From Deltaproteobacteria bacterium (lineage in GTDB: Bacteria; Desulfobacterota; Binatia; Binatales; Binataceae), in NCBI GenBank assembly GCA_027317185.1, contig DAHVFB010000007.1:1064-65063 (forward strand): a stretch of DNA of 64,000 bases. The letters run 5' to 3'. Both the position numbers and the translations under genes were made by a program. Positions 36,819 through 47,250 of this stretch are shown here, piece by piece. The stretch's first letter is position 1. The number at the start of each line of letters is the position of its first letter. The notes beneath the pieces are model-generated. The model had not been told where the DNA came from and searched no databases. It saw only the letters and a program-made list of their open reading frames with translations.

Positions 36819-37703
36819 TCACCCGGTATGCGCCAGGACGAACTGGCCCATCTTGTCGATCGCCTGCTGTCCCTCCGGCAGGATCTTCGCGAACACGTGC
36901 CATACGTGCATCATGTCCTGCCACACTTCCAGCTCGACCTTGACCCCGGCGGCCTTGGCCCGTTCCGCGACCCGCGTGGAATCGTCGAGCAGGATCTCCG
37001 CCTCGCCCACCTGGATCAGCATCGGCGGCATCCCGCGATAGTCGCCATGCAGCGGCGAGGCCAGCGGATTGCGCGGGTCCTGGTCACCGACGTAAACCTT
37101 GGCCATCGGCTTGAGGCTCGCCTGATCGACCATCGGATCGCGCGCCGCCTTGGTCGTCACCGAATCACCCGTCGCCTCCATGTCGGTCCACGGCGAGATC
37201 GTCGCCGTCGCGGCCGGCAGCGCGACGCCCTGATCGCGCAGCGCCAGGATCGTCGCGAGGGTCAATCCTCCGCCCGCCGAATCGCCAGAGATCACGATCT
37301 TGCCCGGCTTGTAGCCCTGCGCGAGCAGCCACTTGTAGACCGCTGTGGCGTCGTCGACCGCCGCCGGAAACGGATCCTCGGGCGCCAGCCGGTAATCAAT
37401 CGCGAGCGCCTTGGCCTGCGCCGCGCGTGCGATCCGCGCGACCATCGCGCGATGCGTATTGACCGAACCCATCACGTAGCCGCCGCCATGCAGATACAGG
37501 ATCACCCGATCGTCGGCGGCGCCCGGCGGCACGATCCATTCGCCCTTGACGCCCGCTGCCGCGACCGGCGTGCAGGTCACGTCCTTGGCCACGCGCTCGG
37601 CGAACTTCTCCATTCCGCCGCGCATCTGGCCGAAGCTGGCGTTGGGGTTGCGTGGTTGCGCCTTGAGGATTTCCAGAACCTTGCCAAGTTGTTCACTCGC
37701 CAT
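36819..37703 (-). CDS. alpha/beta-hydrolase esterase/lipase (HSL family)
   Basis: HGGGY oxyanion motif. GDSAGG nucleophile elbow. Confidence 0.85.
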   Translation of the reverse strand: MASEQLGKVLEILKAQPRNPNASFGQMRGGMEKFAERVAKDVTCTPVAAAGVKGEWIVPPGAADDRVILYLHGGGYVMGSVNTHRAMVARIARAAQAKALAIDYRLAPEDPFPAAVDDATAVYKWLLAQGYKPGKIVISGDSAGGGLTLATILALRDQGVALPAATATISPWTDMEATGDSVTTKAARDPMVDQASLKPMAKVYVGDQDPRNPLASPLHGDYRGMPPMLIQVGEAEILLDDSTRVAERAKAAGVKVELEVWQDMMHVWHVFAKILPEGQQAIDKMGQFVLAHTG

Positions 37704-37839
37704 TCGCGCGCTCCTCCGAAACTGTTTCGCGGATGCTAAGGGTTCAGCCGCTGCGCCCCGTCAGGTCGCGCGCGGCCACGAGTTACTTGCGCTAGCACAG
37801 TCCCGCCCGCCCCGTACAGGATAGCCCCCGCCGCGCTTC

Positions 37840-38811
37840 ATGCTATTCACGATCGCGACCGCTCGCCGCGGTCACGGAGTTCGTCTATTGAATCACCCCG
37901 CTCGTCTGACGCTCGCCGCGCTCGCCTTCGCCGCCCTCTTCTGCCGCGCAACTCCGGCCTGGGCGTGGGGTAATCAGGGCCACGAGATTGTCGCGATCAT
38001 CGCCGCCGATAACCTTACCCCTGCGGCCCAATCCCACGTCGCCCAAATCCTCGGCACGAGCGACACCCCCGAAGCGATCGCGCGCGCGATGGCCGAGGCG
38101 TCGACCCGACCCGATACCGAATTTCGCGACGAAGATCGCGCGACGGCGCCCTGGCACTTCATCGATATCTGCCTGCGGGACGGGCCCGCCGACATCGCCG
38201 CGCGATGCCGCGGCGGAGCCTGCGTCACCGCCAAAATCGACGATTACGTAGAGCGCCTGCGCGACGGGCGCTACGACAACTGGGGTCGGTCGGGCGATCT
38301 GGCCTTCGTCATCCATCTGGTCGGCGACGTTCATCAGCCGCTGCACGCCACCAACGACGCCGACGAAGGCGGCAATTGCATCGCCGTGGATCGCCCCGCC
38401 CGCGCGCGTAATCTGCACGCCCTGTGGGACAATACCCTCGTCTACCGGCTTGAGGGCGATCTTGAGGCGCGCGGCGCCGCGGCCACCGCCCACGACCTCG
38501 AACGAACTTACGCCGCCGAGCGGGCCACCGACGTATGGCGCGCGAACAGCGCCGACGACATCGCCTGGGAATCGCATCAGATTGCCCGCACGGAGATCTA
38601 TGGCGCGCTGCACCTGCCGATCAAGCCGTGCCCCTCGGCGGTCCACGGATGCTCGAATGCCCCGGGGGTGACGCTCGACCTCGACGATTCCTACCTCGAT
38701 CACGCCAGCGTCATCGCGGGCCATCAGCTTGCGAAAGCGGGCTTTCGCCTGGCCAGCCTCTTAAACGGTATTTGGAGCGGTCCGGCCCGCGCCACCGATC
38801 TCACGCGATGA
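37840..38811 (+). CDS. S1/P1 family nuclease (secreted)
   Basis: WGNQGHEIVA, WHFID, HLVGDVHQPLH, HALWD. Confidence 0.8.
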   Translation: MLFTIATARRGHGVRLLNHPARLTLAALAFAALFCRATPAWAWGNQGHEIVAIIAADNLTPAAQSHVAQILGTSDTPEAIARAMAEASTRPDTEFRDEDRATAPWHFIDICLRDGPADIAARCRGGACVTAKIDDYVERLRDGRYDNWGRSGDLAFVIHLVGDVHQPLHATNDADEGGNCIAVDRPARARNLHALWDNTLVYRLEGDLEARGAAATAHDLERTYAAERATDVWRANSADDIAWESHQIARTEIYGALHLPIKPCPSAVHGCSNAPGVTLDLDDSYLDHASVIAGHQLAKAGFRLASLLNGIWSGPARATDLTR

Positions 38812-38972
38812 CGCGCGGCAGGAATCAGTAGAATGCGTCGGTTGACGAGCGGGGGGAAGAGGCCAATCCAGGAGACCGCCGCGAGGGCGAGCATCAATCC
38901 ATCCGCACAGCCGAGCGCCGGGCCGCGTTCAGCTCCGCCAGGCCTCGGACGTTAACCGGTCGCAGCCGCCGA

Positions 38973-40187
38973 TCAGTTGCTGCGGACCATCTTCCTGACG
39001 AACTTGCCACCGCACGCCTCGATCCCTTCCGCGATGGTCGAGCCCCTGGTCGCCGTCAGATGCGGCGCACCACCCCAGCAGTTGCCCTGCGAGAGGATAT
39101 GGCCGTCGAGCGTGAGACTGTTCAACGCGATCGAGTTGTCGGTCAGTGTGATGATCGATCTCGGGCCGCCGACCAATTGGAAGGTCGGGCTGTTGCCCAG
39201 CATGAAGAAGGTCGAGGCCGTGATGAACAGCGACCCGGTGCTCTGGTAGTCGATAATCGGCGCGTTGGCCGGCGAGAACTTGTAGTCGACATTGGTCAGG
39301 CTGACGTTGACGCCGTCGGTCCCCGTGCGCAGCAGGGTCGCCTGGTCGCCTTCCGCCGACACGTTCACGATTTCGATCGAATGCTGGTAAAAGCCCCAGG
39401 TGCCGTTCGACACGTTCTCGAAATCAAAAGCGACGTCGGTCAGGTCGTCGAAGTGCGTGCCCGACATCTTGATCGAACCGCCTTGCATGTAGACTCCGAT
39501 CGGGCCGTAGCCGACGATCCCGCCCTGGATCGTCAGGCCGAGCGGATTGACGCCGCTGATCGAGTAGCCGGCGTGGGTGAAATTGTTGATATCGACATTC
39601 TCGATGAAGCCCAGGTCGTTGTTCCAGTCCGCATTGGCCGGATTATAGTACTTGATGCCGTCGACGATGCTGGCGGCGCTCAGCGATCCGACTTCGACAT
39701 CCTTGATCGTCAGGTGGGTCGCTTCGCCGCCGGCCGCCGAGTCCGACTCGATTCCGGCCGAAGGTGGCGCGCCGCTCAGCCCAAAGACCGAGAGGTTCTC
39801 GATCGTGCAGTGCATCGCGTCGGTGAACAGCACCACCGGCTTGCCGGCCATCCCGGAGGTCGGCTGCAGGTCGGTGGCAAATACGCCGTCGCCCAGAATC
39901 CGCAGGCCCATTACCTTGGTGATCGTGAGACTCGCGCTGATCCCGTAATTCCCGGCGGGAAGGTAGATCGTGTCGCCATTGCCGCCAGCGCTGTTGATCG
40001 CCGCCTGAATCGCCGCCGTGGCGTCGCTGCCGTCGCCCTTGGCACCGAAGTCCGCGACGTTGATAAAGGCCGCCGCGGTTCCCGCATAGCCGGCCAGCAG
40101 GAGTATCGCTCCGGCCGCGGCAGGCGCCCATCGGTTGAGCCTGAAGTTCGGAGCGCTGGCGATGCGGTTAATGTTGCGTTTGAGCAT
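38973..40187 (-). CDS. secreted right-handed beta-helix protein (pectate-lyase superfamily / PF12708-like)
   Basis: Signal peptide. FGAKGDGSDATAAIQAAINSAGGNGDTIYLPAGNY. Confidence 0.7.
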   Translation of the reverse strand: MLKRNINRIASAPNFRLNRWAPAAAGAILLLAGYAGTAAAFINVADFGAKGDGSDATAAIQAAINSAGGNGDTIYLPAGNYGISASLTITKVMGLRILGDGVFATDLQPTSGMAGKPVVLFTDAMHCTIENLSVFGLSGAPPSAGIESDSAAGGEATHLTIKDVEVGSLSAASIVDGIKYYNPANADWNNDLGFIENVDINNFTHAGYSISGVNPLGLTIQGGIVGYGPIGVYMQGGSIKMSGTHFDDLTDVAFDFENVSNGTWGFYQHSIEIVNVSAEGDQATLLRTGTDGVNVSLTNVDYKFSPANAPIIDYQSTGSLFITASTFFMLGNSPTFQLVGGPRSIITLTDNSIALNSLTLDGHILSQGNCWGGAPHLTATRGSTIAEGIEACGGKFVRKMVRSN

Positions 40188-40612
40188 GCCATGAGTAAGT
40201 GCAACTGCGGGGCCAGCAATCGCCGGCTACCGTATCCCACTATCAACTGACTAATCAGACGATAGCGAATCGCCAGGTCCAATCTGGAACAGCCCGCGAG
40301 GCCGCTGCGGGTTGAATTGGCGCAATCGTTACGAACGAATTCCCACTTCCGGGACGCGCGGCGCATTTCCATCTTCATCCGAACACTACAGCGCGTATAT
40401 GACGTGTCAGACTAATCAAAGCCCCGTCAGGACGAAGCATTTCACTTCTCGACCTTCAATCGCTCACCGCGCCAACTGATTCCGATTCCCAATTTGCCAC
40501 GAACCATCGGCCGTGCGTGTGCTATTGGTTAATATGATCGATCAGTTGACCGGGCGCGCGCCCTGAACTAACTATCGATCAAAGCGCACGCTATGAATAA
40601 CTACCAGATCCG

Positions 40613-42199
40613 GTGAACGAATCAGCGACAGTGCTCCGTGATCACGCGGCCCTTGCGGCCGACGACGCCGCCCGCCCAATCGACGCGGCGCGCATGCGTT
40701 CGTGGTACGAGATCGTCACGCGTCCACCCGCCGGATCGTTCACTCTCGCCCGGCGCGTGGCCTTCATTCTCGCTTTCGCATTGCTGATCGCCGCGCTCAA
40801 TCTCTTCGGCTCGTCCAATCCGACCGTGCGCGAGCGACTGCTCGCGTCGGCAATTATCGCGCTCTCCGCCGTGCCCGCGTGGCTCTGGATGGACGGGCGG
40901 GATCCGGGGCTGCCGCTGATGCCGTTCTTCGGACTGATCTTCACGACCTACTATGCCGCGCCGCTCTTCATAGTCCGGGATTACGGCACGATGTGGGTCG
41001 CCGCGCCGATCTCGCATCTCTATGTCGCGCGCGCGCTCGAACTGATTCTGCTCGGGCTGGCCTGCGTGATGGCGGGCTATTACGGACCGCAGCGCCTGCT
41101 CCTGCAAGAGGTGCTGCCGCGAGTCACGATGCGTTGGCGGCGCGTCGGCAACATCAAGTTCGACGGCATATTGTTCAGTATCGCCGGCTTGGCCGTCTAT
41201 CTGATCGACCGGACGGTCGAGATTCCCGCAAGCGTCGCCCAGCTTGCGACCTTCGCCTCCGATCTCTGCCTCATCGGCATGTGCATCCTGCTGGTGCTGC
41301 AACTGATCGGCCGGCTGGATCGCGCGACCGGACTGTTCCTGTGGCTCGTCCTGGTGCCGCTGCGCTTCTGGTTCGGACTCGGTTCGGGCCTGACCTCGCA
41401 AGGCCTGATCGTCGCCGTCACGCTGATCTTCACTTATGCCGCGATCCGCCGACGCATCCCATGGCTCATCCTGATGATCGGCGGCGCGGCGTTCTTCATC
41501 CTGCGGCCGGCCGAGGGCGCCTTTCGCCTGATGACCTGGAGCGGCGGCATCATGCAGCAGGCGTCGCAGCTCGATCAGACCCGGATGCTCGCCCAACTGG
41601 TCGGCCAAACCGCGACCGGACTCGTCGCGGGTGAGGACGGATCGACCGACGAGCTGGTCCAGATTTCGCTGCGCCGCCTCGAGACCGATACGCTGACCTT
41701 CGCCGACGTGCTGCACGATACGCCCGGGATCGTGCCCTACTGGTACGGCGCGAGTTACTATCCGCTGCTGTACAAGCCGATTCCGCGCTTTATCTGGCCC
41801 GACAAGCCCGCGGAGATCACCGGCCAGACCTTCGGCCATCGCTACGGCCTGCTCGATCAGAATAATTCAAGTACTTCTTTCAATTTATCCCAGCTTATCG
41901 AGGGCTATAGCAACTTCGGCGTGCCCGGCCTGATCATCTCGATGTTCCTGTTCGGGATGCTCTATCGCGCGACCCAGATACTGTTCGTGCATCCGGGAAT
42001 GGGCCTTGGCGCAGTCGTCGGCGCGGTCTACACCTGCGTCAACCTACTGCAGATCGAATCGGCGACCTCACTGGTGCTCGGCGGCACGCTGTGGGGATTG
42101 ATCTACCTAGTGCTGCTCAATTTGCTGATCCAGTCGGCCGAACTCGCTTCCCCTCCGTCCGCGACCGCGATTGGCACGGCACGCGCCACATCGCCATAG
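40613..42199 (+). CDS. polytopic membrane protein, putative polysaccharide/O-antigen polymerase (Wzy-like)
   Basis: 10+ TM segments with a large periplasmic loop. No catalytic motif confirmed. Confidence 0.4.
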   Translation: MNESATVLRDHAALAADDAARPIDAARMRSWYEIVTRPPAGSFTLARRVAFILAFALLIAALNLFGSSNPTVRERLLASAIIALSAVPAWLWMDGRDPGLPLMPFFGLIFTTYYAAPLFIVRDYGTMWVAAPISHLYVARALELILLGLACVMAGYYGPQRLLLQEVLPRVTMRWRRVGNIKFDGILFSIAGLAVYLIDRTVEIPASVAQLATFASDLCLIGMCILLVLQLIGRLDRATGLFLWLVLVPLRFWFGLGSGLTSQGLIVAVTLIFTYAAIRRRIPWLILMIGGAAFFILRPAEGAFRLMTWSGGIMQQASQLDQTRMLAQLVGQTATGLVAGEDGSTDELVQISLRRLETDTLTFADVLHDTPGIVPYWYGASYYPLLYKPIPRFIWPDKPAEITGQTFGHRYGLLDQNNSSTSFNLSQLIEGYSNFGVPGLIISMFLFGMLYRATQILFVHPGMGLGAVVGAVYTCVNLLQIESATSLVLGGTLWGLIYLVLLNLLIQSAELASPPSATAIGTARATSP

Positions 42200-42217
42200 C
42201 GAGATCCGGACCAGGCG

Positions 42218-42972
42218 CTATTTCACCATTCGGCCGAAAATATCGGCGCGGATCCCCGCCAGCATATCGAAGCGATTGACCACGCGCTCGTAGCCGACGC
42301 CGGCCAAAAAAGCGATCGGATTGAAGACCAGGTAGCTTGGCTCGGCCTCGCACATCCGCAGTTCGACCGACGCGAAATCCGCCGCGCGCGCGATTTGGCC
42401 CAGCGCCGCGCGCGAGTTCATCCGATGGTACGTCGGGTAGGGTTCATGGTTCGCCGTGTCCAGTCCGCGCACCCGGTTGGCGAAGCGCGTGTGAAACCAA
42501 TGCGGCGTGGCGCGCGCGACGATCGATACATAGTGCATACGGTTGGGCGTGCGGAAAAAAAATGATCCGCCGGGCCGCAGCACGCGGCGCACCTCGCCGG
42601 CGAATTGCAGCGGATGCTCGATATGTTCGAGCACGAAATCGCTCAGCACCAGGTCGAACTCGCCGGCCCCGTAGGGCATCGGCGCGCCGGCCTTGAACAC
42701 GCGCGCGTCGTCGAGTTCGCGGTTTTCAAGCACGGCCGGGTCGACGTCGGCGCCGGCCACGCGCGCGACCGCGCCCTTGAAGATGCGCAGGGGCTGATTG
42801 GTCGCAGGCCCCGCGCCCAGGTTGAGCATCACGGTCGCCGGCGTGACGAACTCGCGCACCCATCCGTAGAACGCCGCCGTACCGTTGCGCGCGCCGCCGG
42901 GATAGTAGCGATCGATGAGTTTTTTCCTGCCGGGGTGCGCGATGGCCTCTCCGGTTCGCGGACGGCGCCGCG
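42218..42972 (-). CDS. class I SAM-dependent methyltransferase (start uncertain)
   Basis: VMLNLGAGP (motif I), DVDPAVLEN, FDLVLSDFVLEHI, VLRPGGSFFF. The track ORF extends into the MarR gene with an Arg-rich N-terminus that is probably not coding. Confidence 0.55.
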
Positions 42973-43566
42973 CTACTCGGCCTCGCCCGCCTTCATGCTG
43001 CGAAACAGCCGCAGCAGGACCGCGTGAAACTGCGGCTCCTGTTCGCCAATCGGCCCAAAGCATTGTTCGTAGGCGCGTTCGACGATCGGAATACATTGCA
43101 GGATGATCGCGCGTCCCTCGTCGGTCAGGGTGAGCAGTTTTCTGCGCGTATCGTGCGGATCGGGAGTGCGCGCGATCGCGCGGCGCTTCTCGAGCGCGCG
43201 CACCACCTTCGAGATCAGCATCGGGTCCATCGCGCAGAACTCCGCCAGCCGCACCTGCGACGGCGGCTGGCCGATACGCGTCAGCCACAGCGTCGATCCG
43301 AGCGCGATAAATTGCAGATGAGTAATGCCGTGCGGGACGAACTCGCTGTTCAGCCGGCGCATCCAGCCGTGCGCGGTCTGCCACAGCAGATAGCCGAGGC
43401 TGTCCTCGGGCTGCTTGAAGCGCGAGACCGAGTCCCAGTCGAACTGCTCAGCCGCACCGACTGCGGCGGAGCTCGCCGCGGGCGCCTTGACGGCCGCGGG
43501 CGCTAGCTCCCGACCGTCGTCGCGCGCCTCGCTATCCTTCAATTTTTCCACCCCGGAGAGATCCAA
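42973..43566 (-). CDS. MarR-family transcriptional regulator
   Basis: Winged-HTH pattern (LTHLQFIALGSTLWLTRIGQPPSQVRLAEFCAMDPMLISKVVRALEKRRAIAR). Confidence 0.85.
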   Translation of the reverse strand: MDLSGVEKLKDSEARDDGRELAPAAVKAPAASSAAVGAAEQFDWDSVSRFKQPEDSLGYLLWQTAHGWMRRLNSEFVPHGITHLQFIALGSTLWLTRIGQPPSQVRLAEFCAMDPMLISKVVRALEKRRAIARTPDPHDTRRKLLTLTDEGRAIILQCIPIVERAYEQCFGPIGEQEPQFHAVLLRLFRSMKAGEAE

Positions 43567-43775
43567 CCAGATTTGGCGAATGGATCATAGTTGGATCGGC
43601 AGTTGAAACAAACGTCGCGCGAGCTTGTTCGGCGGCGCTATGATAAATTAGACGGGCACGATTCGCGCTCGAAATTCGACTGGGATTGTAGCGTACTTTC
43701 GACTGGTTACCGCAGGAGCGTCAGCCGCGTGAATAGACCGTGAACGCGCGAAGCACGCGAGGGACAAGGAGCAAG

Positions 43776-45758
43776 ATGGAATCGAACGGTGAACATGCGG
43801 TGGCGCTCTCCGCGCCGGTATGGTTTCCCAGCGCGGATTACGTGACCGGCAGCCAGCTTGCCCGGCTCGCCGCCGCGATGGGTATCGCCGCCGACCCCGC
43901 CCATCCCGAAGCCGCGTACGCCGAGCTTTACCGCCGCAGTATCACCGACAGCGATACTTTCTGGCGCAAGACGCTCGACCTGCTCGGCATCGAATGGTTC
44001 GCGCCGTTCACCGCGGTCGTCGACACCTCGGCCGGCGTGCAATGGCCGCGATGGTTCCCGGGCGGCCGCCTCAACCTGACGCACAACGCGCTCCATCGCC
44101 ATGCGCGGGGCGCGGACGCTGCCGAGCCAGCAATTATTTGGGAGGGCGAAGACGGCGCGACTGCCACGCTGAGCTACGCGGAGCTGGCGCGCGAGGTCGG
44201 CCGCGCGGCCAATGCCTTGCGCAAGCTCGGCGTCGGTATCGGCGATCGGGTGGGACTGTTTCTGCCGATGATCCCCGAGACCGCAATCGCGACCCTGGCG
44301 ATCGCGCAGATCGGCGCAATCTTCATCCCGATCTTCTCGGGTTACGGCGCCGAGGCCGCCGCCGTCCGCCTGAGCGACGCCGGCGCGAAGGTTCTGATCA
44401 CCGCCGACGGCTTCTGGCGCCGCGGGCACCCGGTCGCGCTGGCCGACTTCGCCCGCCACGCCGCCGAACTCGCCGGATGCGTCCGGCATATCGTCGCGGT
44501 GCGCCGCATGGATCGGTCGGCGCCCGTCGCCGGCGCGCTCCATTGGGACGAAATCGTCGCCGCCGAAGCCACCGACGCCCCGGTCGAGTCGATGGCCAGT
44601 ATGGACCCGTTCATGATCATCTACACCTCGGGCACCACCGGCCGGGCCAAGGGCACCGTGCATTACCACGCCGGCTTCCCGCTCAAGGGTGCGCAAGACA
44701 TGGCGCATCTGTTCGACGTGCGCGCGGGCGAGCGCGTCTTCTGGTTCAGCGACATGGGCTGGATGATGGGTCCGTGGCTGATTATCGGCGCGCTGACGCT
44801 CGGCGCGACCGCCTTCCTCTATGAAGGTGCGCCCGACTTTCCCGCCCCCGATCGGCTGTGGAGCATGATCGCGCGCCATCGCATTACTCATCTCGGCATC
44901 TCGCCGACGCTGGTGCGCGCGCTGATTCCGTCGGGCGCCGCGCATGCCGATCGGCACGATCTGTCGTCGCTGCGCATCCTCGGATCGACCGGCGAGGTCT
45001 GGAATCCCGAGGCCTGGACCTGGCTGTTCGATCAGGTTGGGCATCGCCGCCGCCCGATCATCAATTATTCGGGCGGCACCGAAATCGCGGGCGGCCTGCT
45101 CGGATGCGTTACGATGCGCCCGATCAGCCCGTGCGGCTTCAACACCGCCGTGCCGGGAATCCACGTCGCCGCACTGGACGACGAAGGGCGCGAAGTGGTC
45201 AACGTGGTCGGCGAACTGGCCGCGCTCAACGTCTGGCCGGGGATGACCAACGGCTTCTGGAACGACCCCGATCGCTATCTCGAAACCTACTGGAGCCGCT
45301 TCACCGACACCTGGGTGCATGGCGATTGGGCGCTGACCGACGCCGCCGGCAACTGGATGCTGCTCGGGCGCTCCGACGATACGCTCAAGATTGCTGGCAA
45401 ACGGCTGGGCCCGGCCGAAGTCGAGTCGGCGGCGACCGCGATTACCGCGCTTAAGGAGGCGGCGGCGATCGGCGTGCCCCATCCGACCAAGGGCGAAGTG
45501 CCGGTGGTCTTCGCCGTGCTCAAGCCAGGAGCGCAGGCCACGGCGCAACTCGCCGGGCGCGTCGCCGACAAGGTCGCCGAGGTGCTGGGCAAGCCGCTGC
45601 GGCCGCAGGCGGTCTACTTCGTGCCCGATCTGCCGCGCACGCGCAACGGCAAGATCATGCGCCGGGTACTGCGCGCGATTCATCTGGGCAAGCCGCCGGG
45701 CGACCTCGCCGCGCTCGAGAATCCGGCCGCGCTCGAGCATATCCCGCGCTTGCCCTAG
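43776..45758 (+). CDS. AMP-forming acyl-CoA synthetase (acetyl/propionyl/acetoacetyl-CoA synthetase family)
   Basis: YTSGTTGRAKG, GWMMGPW, YSGGTEI, GRSDDTLKIAGKRLGPAEVE. RBS AAGGAG before ATG 43776. Confidence 0.85.
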   Translation: MESNGEHAVALSAPVWFPSADYVTGSQLARLAAAMGIAADPAHPEAAYAELYRRSITDSDTFWRKTLDLLGIEWFAPFTAVVDTSAGVQWPRWFPGGRLNLTHNALHRHARGADAAEPAIIWEGEDGATATLSYAELAREVGRAANALRKLGVGIGDRVGLFLPMIPETAIATLAIAQIGAIFIPIFSGYGAEAAAVRLSDAGAKVLITADGFWRRGHPVALADFARHAAELAGCVRHIVAVRRMDRSAPVAGALHWDEIVAAEATDAPVESMASMDPFMIIYTSGTTGRAKGTVHYHAGFPLKGAQDMAHLFDVRAGERVFWFSDMGWMMGPWLIIGALTLGATAFLYEGAPDFPAPDRLWSMIARHRITHLGISPTLVRALIPSGAAHADRHDLSSLRILGSTGEVWNPEAWTWLFDQVGHRRRPIINYSGGTEIAGGLLGCVTMRPISPCGFNTAVPGIHVAALDDEGREVVNVVGELAALNVWPGMTNGFWNDPDRYLETYWSRFTDTWVHGDWALTDAAGNWMLLGRSDDTLKIAGKRLGPAEVESAATAITALKEAAAIGVPHPTKGEVPVVFAVLKPGAQATAQLAGRVADKVAEVLGKPLRPQAVYFVPDLPRTRNGKIMRRVLRAIHLGKPPGDLAALENPAALEHIPRLP

Positions 45759-45870
45759 GGAACCTCTGCACAAGTTAGGTTGTCATTCTGAGCGCAGCGA
45801 AGAATCCCGGATCCGGGACCCATGCGCTTCGCTCAGGGTGACACCAGAGCCTGGTGCAGAGGTTCCCTAG
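45754..45870. repeat. palindromic MITE/REP-like repeat, copy 1
   Basis: AACCTCTGCACAAG..GTCATTCTGAGCGCAGCGAAGAATCCCGGATCCGGG..CGCTTCGCTCAGGGTGAC..GTGCAGAGGTT. The element is itself an extended imperfect hairpin. Confidence 0.7.
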
Positions 45871-45922
45871 CGGGCGCCGCGTCGATAACATCGACGCGGC
45901 ATCTGCGATAGAATCGCTCGCG

Positions 45923-46705
45923 ATGACTTCGTATCGACGCCGCCCGCATCCGGAAAACGATCGCCCTGCCCGCCCACGCCATGTTGCCGCAAGGCCCAGC
46001 CGCCTGGCTCGCTATGCGATCGCGCTAGCCACGGCCGCGTGGCTGGTTGCCGCGACGCCGCACGGGGTGGCCTATGCCGATCCGCCAAGCGCCATCGCGG
46101 GCGCGCCCGGCGAGGCGATTAACGATCCGATGCGCCTCGTGCAGGGCGGGGTCGGCGAAGTGATCGCGGTGTTCAACGATAAACAGATGGCGCTGCGCGA
46201 TCGGCGCGAAAAGCTGCGCACGCTGGCCGGGAAGTATTTCGATTTCGAGTCGATGGCGCGCTCAGTGATGGGCTACCATTGGCGCGAGTTGACGGCCGCC
46301 CAACGCGCGCAATTCGTGCCGCTGTTCGCCAGCTTTATCCAGGATGCCTACCTGAGCAAACTGCAGGACTACACAGTGCAAAAGGTCCAGCAGGAATTGC
46401 TTACGGTCAAGGTGCAATTCACCCATGAAACCTTCGAGGACGCCGACTACGCGCAGGTCTTCAGCAATATCAACGTGACCGAGCAGAAGGACGCTATCCC
46501 GGTCAATTACCTGATGCACCTGAGCCATGGCGAATGGAAAATCTACGACGTGACGGTCGACGCGATCAGCGTGATCGCGAACTACCGCAACCAGTTCAAC
46601 CGCGTAATGAACACCGGCGGCTTCGACAAGCTGGTCGCCGATCTGAATCTCAAGCTGGCCGGCCTCCAGAACGATCTCGAAAACCCGCCGGCCCGGCACG
46701 AATAG
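45923..46705 (+). CDS. MlaC/Ttg2D-family periplasmic lipid-binding protein
   Basis: Signal peptide. Toluene-tolerance Ttg2D-like core (FDFESMARSVMGYHWRELTAAQRAQFVPLFASFI). Confidence 0.7.
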   Translation: MTSYRRRPHPENDRPARPRHVAARPSRLARYAIALATAAWLVAATPHGVAYADPPSAIAGAPGEAINDPMRLVQGGVGEVIAVFNDKQMALRDRREKLRTLAGKYFDFESMARSVMGYHWRELTAAQRAQFVPLFASFIQDAYLSKLQDYTVQKVQQELLTVKVQFTHETFEDADYAQVFSNINVTEQKDAIPVNYLMHLSHGEWKIYDVTVDAISVIANYRNQFNRVMNTGGFDKLVADLNLKLAGLQNDLENPPARHE

Positions 46706-46745
46706 CCATCGCCGACGATGCGCCGCGGCGATCGCGGCCGTCGGT

Positions 46746-47108
46746 CTACGCGCCGATTAGTTTGCGCAGGATGTCGAGTCGGAGCGCCAGCTTCTCGCCA
46801 AGCCACAGCGCATGGATCGCGTGATCGGCATAGGCGTCGCCGGATTCGGGATGAATCAGGATCGTCAGCCCGTCGCGATTGAGCATCAACCACGGCACGA
46901 TCATCGCGAATTCCGTCGCCGCGAACGCCACCTGGTACATGGCTTGCGGATGCGGGCCGACCGGCTGATCGCGCCAGCGCCCCATCGCCACCGCAAAGCG
47001 CCCTTCGATCAGCTCGCGCAGGCGCGCCGCATGCGGACGCGATTCGTCGTCGTAGTAGATATGGGCGTGGTAGCCCGTGATCAGAGCGGTATCAGCCGGC
47101 TCGGCCAT
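46746..47108 (-). CDS. DOPA 4,5-dioxygenase-family (YgiD-like) protein
   Basis: YHAHIYYDDE .. PH .. YQVAF .. ILIHPESGD .. HALWLG. Confidence 0.6.
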   Translation of the reverse strand: MAEPADTALITGYHAHIYYDDESRPHAARLRELIEGRFAVAMGRWRDQPVGPHPQAMYQVAFAATEFAMIVPWLMLNRDGLTILIHPESGDAYADHAIHALWLGEKLALRLDILRKLIGA

Positions 47109-47250
47109 CGCTAGTCACCCGCAGCGTGTGGATATTGTTCACCATAAGCGTATTGACTCTATTTGTGGATATGCGAATCTCTCCGCGGATGTTCGCGGTC
47201 GCGGCTTGCGATCGCGGGCGCATGTTTGCTCCGCGCATTCGCCGTCAAGG

